Positions 27,047 to 38,223 of a stretch of DNA of 64,000 nucleotides are shown here, piece by piece (the first letter of the stretch is position 1; every line of letters starts with the position of its first letter). The translations under genes and the position numbers were made by a program. Under the pieces are notes generated by a model, which saw only the letters and a program-made list of their open reading frames with translations, had not been told where the DNA came from and did no database searches. Where the stretch lies: contig JAQCKI010000001.1 in assembly GCA_027592645.1 (NCBI GenBank), forward strand, positions 38,312 to 102,311, given 5' to 3'. This stretch comes from Chloroflexota bacterium. Lineage in GTDB: Bacteria; Chloroflexota; Dehalococcoidia; UBA2979.

Positions 27047-29884
27047 ATGGGATTTCACGACGACCGAGGCAACCTGGGCCCCCCGCCGGAGCCGTTCCGG
27101 ATCAACGAGGGGCGCGAGATGCGGTCGCCTGTCCCGCTGCGCTGGCTCGCACTGGCGGCGATCGCCGTCGTCCTGTACGTCACGCTCAACGTACTGAAGT
27201 CGATCTACACCAATGCCATGTGGTTCGACTCCGTTGAGTTCGGCTCGGTCTACCGGACCGTGGTCATGTCCCGGATCACGCTCTTCGCCATCGGCGCGGT
27301 GGTCGCCGGGGTGGTCATTGGCCTGAACGTCATGATCGCCCGACGGCTCGCCCCCGCCGGCTTCGAGGCGACGCTGATCGAGGAGATCGACCCGGAGGCC
27401 GTCCGCAAGGTGCTGCTGGTGGTGCTGATCGCCGCCACGCTCTTCCTCGCGGTGATCTTCGGCAGCGTGGCCGCGGGCGCATGGGAGACCGTGCTGCTCT
27501 GGATGAATGGCGTGGAGTTCGGGCGCACGGACGTGCAGTTCAACCGCGACATCTCCTTCTACATGTTCGATCTGCCCGCCTACCAGTTCTTCCAGTCCTG
27601 GCTGCTGGGCCTGGTGATCGTCTCCGCCATCGGTGCGGGCGGCATCTACGCCCTCTCGATGTCCTTCACGCGCGGTGAAATCCGCATCGAGGGGGCCATG
27701 CGGACGCACCTGTCCGTCCTCGGCGGTCTCGCATTCCTGCTGATCGCGGCGAACACCTACCTGGGCATCTTTGGGCTCGTGAACTCGCCCACGGGCATCG
27801 TCTATGGCGCCACGTACACGGATGTGAACGCGCGCCTTCCCGTCGCCTACGTGCTGGTGGCGCTGGCCGCCTTTGCTGGCCTCGCCACGATCGCCAACGC
27901 CTTCCTGACCCGCGATGGGTTCCGGGTGCCGATCTTCGCCGTGGGCCTCTGGGTGGTCGGTGGTCTGCTCGGCGGGGTGATCTACCCCGGCACGGTGCAG
28001 GCGCTGCAGGTCGAGCCGAACGAACGCCTCCGCGAGGAGCAGTACATCTCCCGAAACATCGAAGCGACGCGGTTCGCGTGGGGTCTGGAAGACATCGTGG
28101 AGACGCGGTACCCCGCGAACCCGGTGGTGACGCAGGCGGACTTCGACGCGAACCCGAAGACGATCGAGAACGTCCGCCTGCTGGACCCGCGCCCGCTGCG
28201 CGACACCGTCAACCAGATCCAGGCGATCCGGCAGTTCTACCAGTTCACCGACATCGACGTTGACCGGTATGTCATCGACGGCGAAGAGCGCCAGGTGATG
28301 ATCGCGACCCGAGAGATGGACATCAGCCGTGTCCAGGACCGCAACTGGACGCGTGAGCGGCTGCAGTTGACGCACGGCTTCGGCGCCGTGATTGCGCCCG
28401 TGAACGAAGTGCTGCCCGCAGGCCTGCCGCGGCTGATCACGGCGGACATCCCGCCGCGCTCCGAGGTGTTGCCGATCACGACCGAAGGCGCGCGCATCTA
28501 CTTCGGTGAGCTGACCAACCATTACGTCATCGCCAACACCAGCGAGCCGCAGTTTGACTACCCGTTGGGCGAAGGCAACGCCGAAACGTCCTACACGGAA
28601 GACCGTGGGATCACGTTGAACTCACTCGCCCGTCGCATCGCACTGGCGTGGGAACTGGGCGACGCGAACCTGCTGATCTCCGGGCAGATCAACTCTGACT
28701 CGCGGCTGCTGTGGCGGCGCAACATCGTGGAGCGCGTCAGCGGGGTGGCCCCGTTCCTGATCATCGATTCCGATCCGTACGCGGTGGTGCTGGACGAGCG
28801 CATCCACTGGTTCATGACGGGTTACACCGTCTCGTCGTCGTTCCCGTACTCGCAGCCCTCGGCGGGGGTGAACTACATCCGCGATGCGGTGAAGATCACC
28901 GTGGACGCCCAGACGGGCGACATGGTGTTCTACCTGATCGCAGAGAACGACCCGGTGGCAACCACGTGGGCGAAGATCTTCCCGGACCTGTTCACGCCCA
29001 ACTCGGAGATGCCGGACGAGGTGCGTCGCCACCTCCGTTACCCGGAGGACATCTTCAAGATCCAGTCGCAGTTGTACCTCCGCTACCACATCACCAACCC
29101 CGACGTGTTCTTCATCGGCGAAGACGTGTGGAACATCCCCACGGAGCGCGTCGGATCGCTTGATGTGATTGTGGAGCCGTATTACGTCACGCTGACGCTG
29201 CCCGAAGAGGAGGACGGCGTGGCGCTCGATGAGGACATCGAGTTCGTCCTGATCATGCCGTTCACGCCGCGCAACCGGCAGAACACCGTGGCATGGTTGG
29301 CCGGCCGATCAGACGGTGAGCACTACGGTGCAATGCGCGCGTATCGCTTCCCCACGGACACGCTGGTGTACGGCCCCGCTCAGATCGAGGCTCGTATCGA
29401 CCAGAACCCGGGCATCTCGCAGCAGTTCAGCCTCTGGAACCAATCCGGCTCCGAGGTGATTCGCGGCAACCTCCTGATGATCCCGGTGGGCTCGTCGTTC
29501 CTGTTCGTGGAGCCGATCTACCTGCAGGCAGAGAACTCGCGGTTGCCGGAACTGGTGCGCGTGATTGTGGCCAACGGCAACGCACTGGCGATGGAGCGGA
29601 CGCTGCCGCACGCGCTGGACGTGGTGATGGGACGGCGGGCTTCGTCGCTGCCGAACGTGACCACGCAGACCAGCGGCGACCCGCTGAACCCGGTGCCAGG
29701 GCCGCTTCCGGATGCGACGCCGACGCCGATCATCACAGCCACACCGCAACCGCTGCCGACAGGTGACCTGGGCCTGCTGCTGGATCAGGCCCAACAGGCC
29801 TCCGACGCAACTCAGGCCGAACTGAACCGGCTGCGCGCACTGCTGGAGGCAATCCAGGTGCAACTGGAGCAACAGACGCCATAG
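27047..29884 (+). CDS. UPF0182 family large membrane protein.
   Basis: 945 aa. The N-terminal TM region has the UPF0182 signature NAMWFDSVEFGSVYRTVVMSRITLF and a large extracytoplasmic domain. It is inserted between argB and argD. Confidence 0.7.
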   Translation: MGFHDDRGNLGPPPEPFRINEGREMRSPVPLRWLALAAIAVVLYVTLNVLKSIYTNAMWFDSVEFGSVYRTVVMSRITLFAIGAVVAGVVIGLNVMIARRLAPAGFEATLIEEIDPEAVRKVLLVVLIAATLFLAVIFGSVAAGAWETVLLWMNGVEFGRTDVQFNRDISFYMFDLPAYQFFQSWLLGLVIVSAIGAGGIYALSMSFTRGEIRIEGAMRTHLSVLGGLAFLLIAANTYLGIFGLVNSPTGIVYGATYTDVNARLPVAYVLVALAAFAGLATIANAFLTRDGFRVPIFAVGLWVVGGLLGGVIYPGTVQALQVEPNERLREEQYISRNIEATRFAWGLEDIVETRYPANPVVTQADFDANPKTIENVRLLDPRPLRDTVNQIQAIRQFYQFTDIDVDRYVIDGEERQVMIATREMDISRVQDRNWTRERLQLTHGFGAVIAPVNEVLPAGLPRLITADIPPRSEVLPITTEGARIYFGELTNHYVIANTSEPQFDYPLGEGNAETSYTEDRGITLNSLARRIALAWELGDANLLISGQINSDSRLLWRRNIVERVSGVAPFLIIDSDPYAVVLDERIHWFMTGYTVSSSFPYSQPSAGVNYIRDAVKITVDAQTGDMVFYLIAENDPVATTWAKIFPDLFTPNSEMPDEVRRHLRYPEDIFKIQSQLYLRYHITNPDVFFIGEDVWNIPTERVGSLDVIVEPYYVTLTLPEEEDGVALDEDIEFVLIMPFTPRNRQNTVAWLAGRSDGEHYGAMRAYRFPTDTLVYGPAQIEARIDQNPGISQQFSLWNQSGSEVIRGNLLMIPVGSSFLFVEPIYLQAENSRLPELVRVIVANGNALAMERTLPHALDVVMGRRASSLPNVTTQTSGDPLNPVPGPLPDATPTPIITATPQPLPTGDLGLLLDQAQQASDATQAELNRLRALLEAIQVQLEQQTP

Positions 29885-29932
29885 CGGCTACGCCCGGCCG
29901 GGCCAGCCCTCAGCACGGAGAAGGAGTCCCAG

Positions 29933-31120
29933 GTGGGTGATACCCCGGCACGTGAGGCACGGGTTCACATGCAGATGTTCCGGCGTCTGCCCGTCACGCT
30001 GGTGCGTGGCGAGGGCACCCGTGTCTGGGACAACACCGGGAAGTCCTACCTGGACTTTGTCGCCGGCATCGCCGTGGATACGCTGGGTCACGCCCACCCC
30101 GGCCTCGCGGACACCATCGCCCGCCAGGCGCGGACGCTCGTGCATGTCTCCAACCTGTTCTACTCCGAGCCGCAGGTAGAACTCGCAGAGTTGCTGGTGG
30201 ACCACTCCGTGCTGGACCAGGTCTTCTTCTGCAATTCCGGTGCGGAGGCGAACGAGGGCGCGATCAAACTCGCGCGGAAGTGGGGCATCCAGAACCGCAG
30301 CGGCGCCTACGAAATCATCGCCACGCATAACGGCTTCCACGGCCGCACGCTGGCGGCCGTCGCCGCCACGGGTACGCCTCGGTACCGCGAGCCGTTTGGC
30401 CCGCAGATGCCCGGCTTCGTCTTCGTCGACTACGACGACCTGGACGCGATCAAGGCGGCCACCACGGAACGCACGTGCGCAGTGCTGCTGGAGGCGATCC
30501 AGGGCGAAGGCGGCGTGAACGTACCGGATCCCGGCTACCTGCGAGGCGTCCGCGATTGGTGCGACGCGCAGGGCATCCTGCTGATCCTGGACGAAGTTCA
30601 AACCGGCTGCGGCCGCACGGGGACGCTCTGGGCGTACGAACAGGCCGGGATTGAGCCGGACATCATGACGCTGGCGAAGGGCCTGGCCGGTGGCGTACCC
30701 ATCGGTGCGCTCCTCGCGAAGGCGCATTGCGCGGTCTTCGAGCCGGGCGACCACGGCTCCACCTTCGGGGGCAACCCCCTGGCCACGGCCGCCGGCGCAT
30801 ACGTGCTGCGCGAGGTGATCGATGGCGGCGTGCTGCAGAACGCGGCTGACCGCGGCGAGCAGCTTGAACAGCGCCTGGCAGGCATCGAAGACCGCTGTGA
30901 ACTCGCGGTGGGGCACCGCGGCGCTGGCCTGCTACGCGCGTTGGTGCTGAGTCGCGACGCCGCGGGCGAAGTGGTGTTGAAGGCGCTGGAGTACGGCCTG
31001 ATCCTGAACCCGGTCCGCCCGAACGCCGTGCGCTTCATGCCACCGTTGACGGTGACCGCCGAGGAAGTCGACGCTGCTGCGGCCATCGTGGAGCGCGTCC
31101 TCAACGAAATCGGCCCGTAG
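29933..31120 (+). CDS. argD: Acetylornithine aminotransferase (class III PLP).
   Basis: ...FCNSGAEANEGAIKLARKW..., LILDEVQTGCGRTG, TLAKGLAGGVPIGA (PLP-Lys). Confidence 0.85.
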   Translation: MGDTPAREARVHMQMFRRLPVTLVRGEGTRVWDNTGKSYLDFVAGIAVDTLGHAHPGLADTIARQARTLVHVSNLFYSEPQVELAELLVDHSVLDQVFFCNSGAEANEGAIKLARKWGIQNRSGAYEIIATHNGFHGRTLAAVAATGTPRYREPFGPQMPGFVFVDYDDLDAIKAATTERTCAVLLEAIQGEGGVNVPDPGYLRGVRDWCDAQGILLILDEVQTGCGRTGTLWAYEQAGIEPDIMTLAKGLAGGVPIGALLAKAHCAVFEPGDHGSTFGGNPLATAAGAYVLREVIDGGVLQNAADRGEQLEQRLAGIEDRCELAVGHRGAGLLRALVLSRDAAGEVVLKALEYGLILNPVRPNAVRFMPPLTVTAEEVDAAAAIVERVLNEIGP

Positions 31121-31142
31121 GCCAGCACGCGGAGGGGCGCTC

Positions 31143-33797
31143 ATGCTGCCCGGCGGCCTGAACCGGCTCGGCGTCCAGATCACGCTGACCGCAACCGTGC
31201 TGGTGCTGGCTGTCGGCGGCCTTGTCGTGTGGCAGGTGGACGGCATCATCCAGGCGAACGAGCGCGAGCGTGCTCGCGAGCGCCTGTTACTCACCCGCGA
31301 GCAGGTCGAACAGCAGTTCACGACCTACCGCGACCTTGCCGTCACCGGTGCGTCCGTCCTTGCGACGCAGCCCGAGATGCGCGCTGCGATCGAGGCGCGC
31401 GACGTGGCAGAGGTGTTGCGTGTCGCCACGCACTTCTTCTCGCAAACCGGGGCGCCACTACAGGGTGCACCCGGCCTGCAGATCTACGATCCGTCCGGTG
31501 CACTCTTGATCCGCGCCCATACCCCGCTCAACGGACGCCAGGAGTTCATACCACCGGCCATTCGTGCGGTGCTCCGCGACCGATCAGCGCTGGGTGTGCT
31601 GCGCAACGACGAGGTGTTGGGGATCGCCATCAGCGGCATCGTGCCCGTGACGGATGGCGCGGGGCGTGTCGTCGGTGTGATCGAAGCGCTCACCGGGCTG
31701 GACCGGCGCTTCGTCCGCGACCAGGCGCGGCTGCTGGGCGTGGAGGTGGCCGTTGTCCTGTGGGACGGACAGGTCATCGCCTCGGATGGCGCGGGTACCC
31801 TCCTGGCGGGTTCAATCACGTCCAATGTGCGAGCCGCATCCGCCATGGGACAGATGAGCACCGTGCAACACGGCAACGTGCCGTACCTGGCGATGGTGCT
31901 GCCGCTGACGGGGCCGGATGGTGGACCGCTGGCCGAACTCTACTTCGCCCTGGATCGCCAGGTCGTAGACTCCGCCGTCTCAAGCGTCCGCATGCGCGCG
32001 CTGCGCGCCACACTCGGCGGCGCGCTGCTGGCGTCGGCGCTCGTCATTATCTTCGCCACCCTGATCGTGCGGCCGCTCCGCTCGCTGCTGGACTCCGCGA
32101 TTGCGATCCGCTCGAACGAACTTGAACGGCCGGTGCCCCAGACAGGCCCGCAGGAGGTGCGCGAGATTGCCGCCGCGATGGACGACATGCGCCTCGCGAT
32201 CCGGCAGAGTCGGGAAGTGGCGCTGAGCGTGAACCGGGATCTCGCTTCCCGATTCGATGCCTCCGCCGCGTCGCTGTCAGACGCCACGCAGGAACTGCGC
32301 GTCATGTATCGAGTGCTGGCAGCGCTGAACGGCGAGACCCCGGGAGGGCTCGCCAGCGTGGCGGAGTTCCTCTCTGACCTCGCCTGGGTGGATTCGGCGG
32401 TCATCGGCCTTGCCACGGAGCAGGGGCGACTTTCGTTCGCCGCCGCATCCGGTGTGCCGGTCATGGCGGCACACCAGTTGCTCGGCATCGTCGAGGGTGG
32501 GGTACTCGGACAGCGGCTGGAGGACGGCTTCATCGTCTCCAGCACGGCCGCGGTTCCGGAAACGCAACTGCTGCCGGGTGCCGGCATCGGCGGCTTCGTC
32601 GCGCACCCCATGTCGCAGCCGGACGGCGTGGTCGGCGTCGTCGTCCTCGCCTCCCGCGGGCCGATCGCGGTCACACGCGAACGCACCGCACTGCTCGGCA
32701 CCATCGCCCGCGAAGTCACGGCGATGCTGGAGCGGACCGAACTCGCGGACGAGGTCGAGGAGAGCCGGCGGATCGCCGAATCCGTGCTGCGCGAGATGGC
32801 AGACGGCGTGCTGGTATTCGACCACGAGGCGCGCTGCCGCGTCTGTAACCCTGCCGCCGCACGGCTGCTGAACCGTACACGGGAAGCGCTGATCGGGCAG
32901 GCTGCCGAAGACTGCTTGCCGCTGTCGGCGGAATCGATCGAGGCCCTGCGACGTCGTGCCTACCAGCCGCACGATGGCCCGGTTTCACCGCTGCTCACGG
33001 AGGTGCGCGGTCGGCGATTGGCGGTCTCATCGGGGCCATTTGCGGACCCCGACCCGGATCGCAGCGGCATGCTGGTGCTCATCCGGGACCTCTCGGCAGA
33101 ATCGGAGGCGGAGCAGGTCAAGCAGGACTTCGTCTCCATGGTGGGGCACGAACTGCGGACGCCACTGACGCTGATCCGCACGACGATCGACCTGCTCCAC
33201 GAAGGCGACGCGGGGACGCTGAACCCCACCCAGCAGCGCATCGTGGAAGTACTGCTGGGTAACACCGACCGCCTGATGGCGTTGATCACGGACATCCTGG
33301 ATGTCTCGGCGATCGACTCGGGGCGCCTCGACATCCTGCCCGAGTACATGGACATCGGCGAGGCGATCCGCGCCGCCGTCGAAGAGGCGATGCCCGGCGC
33401 GAGCGCCAAGCAGCACACGCTGTTCACCGCAGCACCGCTGGGGATCACGGTCTGGGCGGATCAGCGCCGCATTGTGCAGGTACTGGCAAACCTGCTCAGC
33501 AACGCCGTGAAATACACCCCGCCGGGCGGTCGGATCGAGGCCGGACTGGATACGGCGGACGAGCAGATCCGCATCTGGGTCCGCGACAGTGGCATCGGCA
33601 TCCCCGAAGAGGAGCAGGAGCGCCTGTTCGAGAAGTTCTACCGCACCTCCAGCGGCCGCAGAATCACCGGGGGCACGGGGCTTGGCTTGTCAATCGCCCG
33701 ATCGCTCGTGGAGATGCACGGCGGGCGGATCTGGTGCGATTCGGACGGCGAGACCGGTTCCACGTTCGCCTTCACGCTACCGCGCCGCCGGGTATGA
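31143..33797 (+). CDS. Multi-sensor signal-transduction histidine kinase (TM sensor-HAMP-GAF-PAS-HisKA-HATPase).
   Basis: 884 aa. H-box MVGHELRTPLT; N/G boxes ...LANLLSNAVKYTPPGGRIEA...DSGIGIPEEEQERLFEKFYR...GTGLGLSIARSLVEMHGGRIW. Confidence 0.8.
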   Translation: MLPGGLNRLGVQITLTATVLVLAVGGLVVWQVDGIIQANERERARERLLLTREQVEQQFTTYRDLAVTGASVLATQPEMRAAIEARDVAEVLRVATHFFSQTGAPLQGAPGLQIYDPSGALLIRAHTPLNGRQEFIPPAIRAVLRDRSALGVLRNDEVLGIAISGIVPVTDGAGRVVGVIEALTGLDRRFVRDQARLLGVEVAVVLWDGQVIASDGAGTLLAGSITSNVRAASAMGQMSTVQHGNVPYLAMVLPLTGPDGGPLAELYFALDRQVVDSAVSSVRMRALRATLGGALLASALVIIFATLIVRPLRSLLDSAIAIRSNELERPVPQTGPQEVREIAAAMDDMRLAIRQSREVALSVNRDLASRFDASAASLSDATQELRVMYRVLAALNGETPGGLASVAEFLSDLAWVDSAVIGLATEQGRLSFAAASGVPVMAAHQLLGIVEGGVLGQRLEDGFIVSSTAAVPETQLLPGAGIGGFVAHPMSQPDGVVGVVVLASRGPIAVTRERTALLGTIAREVTAMLERTELADEVEESRRIAESVLREMADGVLVFDHEARCRVCNPAAARLLNRTREALIGQAAEDCLPLSAESIEALRRRAYQPHDGPVSPLLTEVRGRRLAVSSGPFADPDPDRSGMLVLIRDLSAESEAEQVKQDFVSMVGHELRTPLTLIRTTIDLLHEGDAGTLNPTQQRIVEVLLGNTDRLMALITDILDVSAIDSGRLDILPEYMDIGEAIRAAVEEAMPGASAKQHTLFTAAPLGITVWADQRRIVQVLANLLSNAVKYTPPGGRIEAGLDTADEQIRIWVRDSGIGIPEEEQERLFEKFYRTSSGRRITGGTGLGLSIARSLVEMHGGRIWCDSDGETGSTFAFTLPRRRV

Positions 33798-33877
33798 TCG
33801 GAGACCGGTAGCGGGCGCAGTCGCCCACCAGCCGCCACCTCCCGCGACCCCGCCGGATAGCCGAAAGCAGACGCCGC

Positions 33878-35119
<1,242 letters not shown>

Positions 35120-35145
35120 GGGCGCGGTCGATGCCGGACGGCTAG

Positions 35146-35811
35146 CGCCTCCTCGCCCTGTTCGATATCGACCTCACGCTGATCCGTAACCCGATCGACC
35201 GCGAGGTCATCACAGCGGCACTGGACGAGGCGACGGGCACACCCGGCCTGTTGGGCGACATCGACCTCATGGGGCGCTCTGACCGCTGGCTCGTCGACGA
35301 GGTGTCCGGCCGCCACGGACTTGACGCCGGCGCGCTGTTCGAGGCGTATGGCGCGGCCTACCGGCGGCTCTTGCGCGAGATGCTGTTGCCGCTCCCGCCC
35401 TCCACGCTCCCAGGCGCTATCGAGCTGCTCGCCGCGCTCCGAGCGCGCCCCGGCACGACGCTCGGCGTCGCGACCGGCAATCTGCGCGACAACGCCGTGA
35501 CGAAACTGACCCACGGCCGCGTGATCGAGTTCTTCGACCCGCTGCTGGGCGGCTTCGGCGACGACCACGCGGACCGCGCCGACATCGTCCGGGCCGCCTC
35601 GGTCGCCTGCGCCTACGAACCGGGGGATCGCCTCGTCGTTATCGGGGACACCGTGCACGACGTGCGCTCCGCGCTGGCCGTCGGCGCCGTCCCCGTCGCC
35701 GTCACCACCGGCCACGCCACCGCCGCGGAACTCACCGCCGCCGGCGCTCACATCGTCCTCCCGGGCCTCGGTGACGTGGCTGCGGCGATAGGGGCGATCA
35801 CCGGCGACTAG
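35146..35811 (+). CDS. HAD-superfamily hydrolase whose N-terminus is interrupted by an in-frame TAG (possible pseudogene, sequencing error or non-canonical start).
   Basis: The ORF track starts at TTG 35251 and misses HAD motif I. Upstream in frame, LLALFDIDLTLIRNP (the DxDxT motif I) is preceded by ATG CCG GAC GGC TAG (35131-35145). Motif III/IV is ...VVIGDTVHDV. Confidence 0.5.
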   Translation, partial: RLLALFDIDLTLIRNPIDREVITAALDEATGTPGLLGDIDLMGRSDRWLVDEVSGRHGLDAGALFEAYGAAYRRLLREMLLPLPPSTLPGAIELLAALRARPGTTLGVATGNLRDNAVTKLTHGRVIEFFDPLLGGFGDDHADRADIVRAASVACAYEPGDRLVVIGDTVHDVRSALAVGAVPVAVTTGHATAAELTAAGAHIVLPGLGDVAAAIGAITGD

Positions 35812-35815
35812 GCCT

Positions 35816-35840
35816 CTCGTGTACACTGCTCGTGTACACT
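35816..35840. promoter_or_regulatory. Tandem 12-bp direct repeat CTCGTGTACACT x2, each containing the palindrome GTGTACAC. Candidate antitoxin operator.
   Basis: Seen directly, 19 nt upstream of the first vapB-like ATG. Cross-checked against the ORF-track frame. Confidence 0.5.
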
Positions 35841-35858
35841 ACCCCTGAGGTATCTGCG

Positions 35859-36092
35859 ATGAAGGACATCACCCTGAGCGCAGACGAACGCCTGATCGAG
35901 GCGGCGCGCGAGCGTGCTCGGCTGGAGCGCACCACCTTGAACGAGCGCTTCCGCGAGTGGCTTGCCGAGTACGCCCGGGAGCCCGAGGCCGCCGACGACG
36001 CAATGGCGGTGGTCGAGCGGATCCGTTCCTATACCGGTACTGGTGGGCGGAAGTTCACCCGTGACGAGATGAATGAGCGCGGCTCTCGCTAG
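35859..36092 (+). CDS. VapB-like antitoxin, copy 1 (small DNA-binding protein).
   Basis: MKDITLSADERLIEAARERARLERTTLNERFREWLAEY... 77 aa, GAGGT RBS. Paralogous to the next gene. Confidence 0.55.
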   Translation: MKDITLSADERLIEAARERARLERTTLNERFREWLAEYAREPEAADDAMAVVERIRSYTGTGGRKFTRDEMNERGSR

Positions 36093-36130
36093 TTACGTCC
36101 CCACTCGAACACATGATTGAGTTCTACGCG

Positions 36131-36364
36131 ATGAAGAACATCACCCTGAGCGCCGACGCCGAACTCATTGAGCGGGCCCGTGCTCGGGCGCGCGCAAGGC
36201 AGACGACCTTGAACGAAGAGTTCCGGCGCTGGCTGATGGCCTATGCCAGTGAAGCCGACCGTGCCGAGGCTGCAGAGCAGGCATTGTCGACGGTTCGCGA
36301 GATTCGACAGCGCGTGAACGTTGCCGGACGCAAGTTCACTCGCGAGGAGATGAATGAGCGCTGA
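36131..36364 (+). CDS. VapB-like antitoxin, copy 2.
   Basis: MKNITLSADAELIERARARARARQTTLNEEFRRWLMAY... about 55-60 % identical to copy 1 over the N-terminal 45 aa. Its stop overlaps the vapC start (ATGAgcgcTGA). Confidence 0.55.
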   Translation: MKNITLSADAELIERARARARARQTTLNEEFRRWLMAYASEADRAEAAEQALSTVREIRQRVNVAGRKFTREEMNER

Positions 36365-36773
36365 CTTTCTTGATACGAACGTCCTTGTGTATCTCTTCGA
36401 CGCTGACAGCCCGGCCAAGCAGCAGCGTGCAGATGTGATTGTGGGAGCGGGTATCGCGACCGGCAGCGCCGTCATCAGCTACCAGGTGGTGCAGGAGACG
36501 CTCAACGTCCTCCTGCGTCACGCGGCGCATCCCGCATCGCCGGAGGAAGCACGCCGGATCCTGAACGACACACTGCTCCCGCTCTGGCGGTCGACCCCGA
36601 GCGTCGCCACCTATGAGCGCGCCCTCACGCTCCGGGAGCGCTACGGCTACTCGTTCTATGACTCGCTGATCCTTGCCGCCGCGCTCGAGGCCGGGTGTGA
36701 CCGCCTCCTGAGCGAAGACTTCCAGCACGGACAGCGGATCGATGGCCTCACGATCGAGGACCCGTTCCGCTAA
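36354..36773 (+). CDS. vapC: PIN-domain ribonuclease toxin VapC.
   Basis: FLDTNVLVYLFD (D4), ...E..., DSLILAAALEAGCDRLLSEDF. Acidic PIN catalytic residues are in the canonical positions. Confidence 0.75.
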   Translation: MSADFLDTNVLVYLFDADSPAKQQRADVIVGAGIATGSAVISYQVVQETLNVLLRHAAHPASPEEARRILNDTLLPLWRSTPSVATYERALTLRERYGYSFYDSLILAAALEAGCDRLLSEDFQHGQRIDGLTIEDPFR

Positions 36774-36813
36774 GCCGTCGCCCTCGGCTCCGGCCTCCGT
36801 TACCCTCGCCAAC

Positions 36814-38223
36814 ATGACGCAGCAGCCTTCGGACGGTGGGTCGAGCAAACTCTGGGGCGGGCGCTTCTCCGGTGAGACGGACGCGCTCGTCGACCAGTTC
36901 AACGCGTCCATCGACTTCGACCGGCGGCTCTACCGCGAGGACATCGCCGGCTCCATCGCGCACGCCACCATGCTCGCGCGGCAGGGCGTGATCCCCGAGG
37001 CGGATCGGGACGCCATCGTGGCGGGCCTCCTCCAGATCCAGTCGGAGATCGAGGCCGGCACGTTCGAGTTCCGACTGGACCGCGAAGACATCCACCTGAA
37101 TATCGAGGCCGTGCTCATCGAGCGCATCGGTGACGCTGGTCGCCGCCTGCACACGGGCCGGTCGAGGAACGACCAGGTCGCGACGGACACGCGTCTCTTC
37201 GCGCGCGCCGCGTGCGACGAGACGGTGGCGCTGTTACGCAGCCTGCGCGGCGCCCTCATCGACCTCGCTGAGCGCGAGGCGAGCACGGTGATCCCGGGCT
37301 ACACGCACCTGCAGCGCGCCCAGCCGATCCTGCTCGCACACCACTTGCTCGCCTACGAGGCGATGTTCGCGCGCGACACGGAACGCTTCACACAGGCGCG
37401 GGCGCGCGCCAACGTGCTGCCGCTGGGCGCCGGCGCGCTGGCCGGGGTGACGTACCCCATCGACCGCGAGTTCGTCGCGCAACAACTGGGGTTCGAGGCG
37501 ATCTCCACGAACTCGCTGGATGCGGTGAGCGACCGCGACTTCATCGTCGATTACCACTCGGCGGCGGCGCTGACGGCGGTGCACCTCTCCCGACTGGCGG
37601 AGGAGTTGATCCTGTGGGCCACCGCGGAGTTCGGCTTCGCGAAGATGGATGACCGCTACTCCACCGGCTCCAGCATCATGCCGCAGAAGAAGAACCCGGA
37701 TGTGGCGGAACTGGCGCGCGGCAAGAGTGCACGGGTCATCGGCAACCTGGTGCAGGCGCTGACGATGTTGAAGGGCCAGCCGCTGGCCTACAACAAGGAC
37801 AACCAGGAGGACAAGGAGTCGCTCTTTGACTCCGTCGACACGATCCTCATCACCCTGCGCGTGGTCGCCGCGATGCTGCCGACGCTGACCTTCGACGCCG
37901 AGCGCGGCCGCACCGCCGCCATCGCGAACTTCGCGCTGGCCACCGACGTGGCCGACTACCTCGCGCGGAAGGGCGTGCCGTTCCGCGATGCGCACGAGGC
38001 CGTCGGCACGCTCGTCGCCCGCTGCGAACGCGAGGGGCGCACGTTCGAGGACCTGACGCTCGAGGACTTCCGGCAGGCCCACCCGGCGTTCGACGCGGAC
38101 GTGCTGGCGATCGACCTCGATGCGTCGCTCGCCGCGCGCGACGTCCCCGGCGGCACCGCGCCTCGTCGCGTCGCCGAGGCGCGCGAGTCCGCGCGCGCGC
38201 GCCTGGCCGCGGAACGCGCGTAG
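36814..38223 (+). CDS. argH: Argininosuccinate lyase.
   Basis: LWGGRFSGETDALVDQFNASIDFD..., fumarate-lyase signature GSSIMPQKKNPD. Confidence 0.9.
   Translation: MTQQPSDGGSSKLWGGRFSGETDALVDQFNASIDFDRRLYREDIAGSIAHATMLARQGVIPEADRDAIVAGLLQIQSEIEAGTFEFRLDREDIHLNIEAVLIERIGDAGRRLHTGRSRNDQVATDTRLFARAACDETVALLRSLRGALIDLAEREASTVIPGYTHLQRAQPILLAHHLLAYEAMFARDTERFTQARARANVLPLGAGALAGVTYPIDREFVAQQLGFEAISTNSLDAVSDRDFIVDYHSAAALTAVHLSRLAEELILWATAEFGFAKMDDRYSTGSSIMPQKKNPDVAELARGKSARVIGNLVQALTMLKGQPLAYNKDNQEDKESLFDSVDTILITLRVVAAMLPTLTFDAERGRTAAIANFALATDVADYLARKGVPFRDAHEAVGTLVARCEREGRTFEDLTLEDFRQAHPAFDADVLAIDLDASLAARDVPGGTAPRRVAEARESARARLAAERA

Noticed and set aside
31229-32125. Alternative-frame ORFs inside the histidine kinase (also 1601..2839, 49348..50451, 43514-region duplicates).
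   Set aside because: They are overlapped by well-supported genes; the translations are Arg/Pro/Gly-rich.
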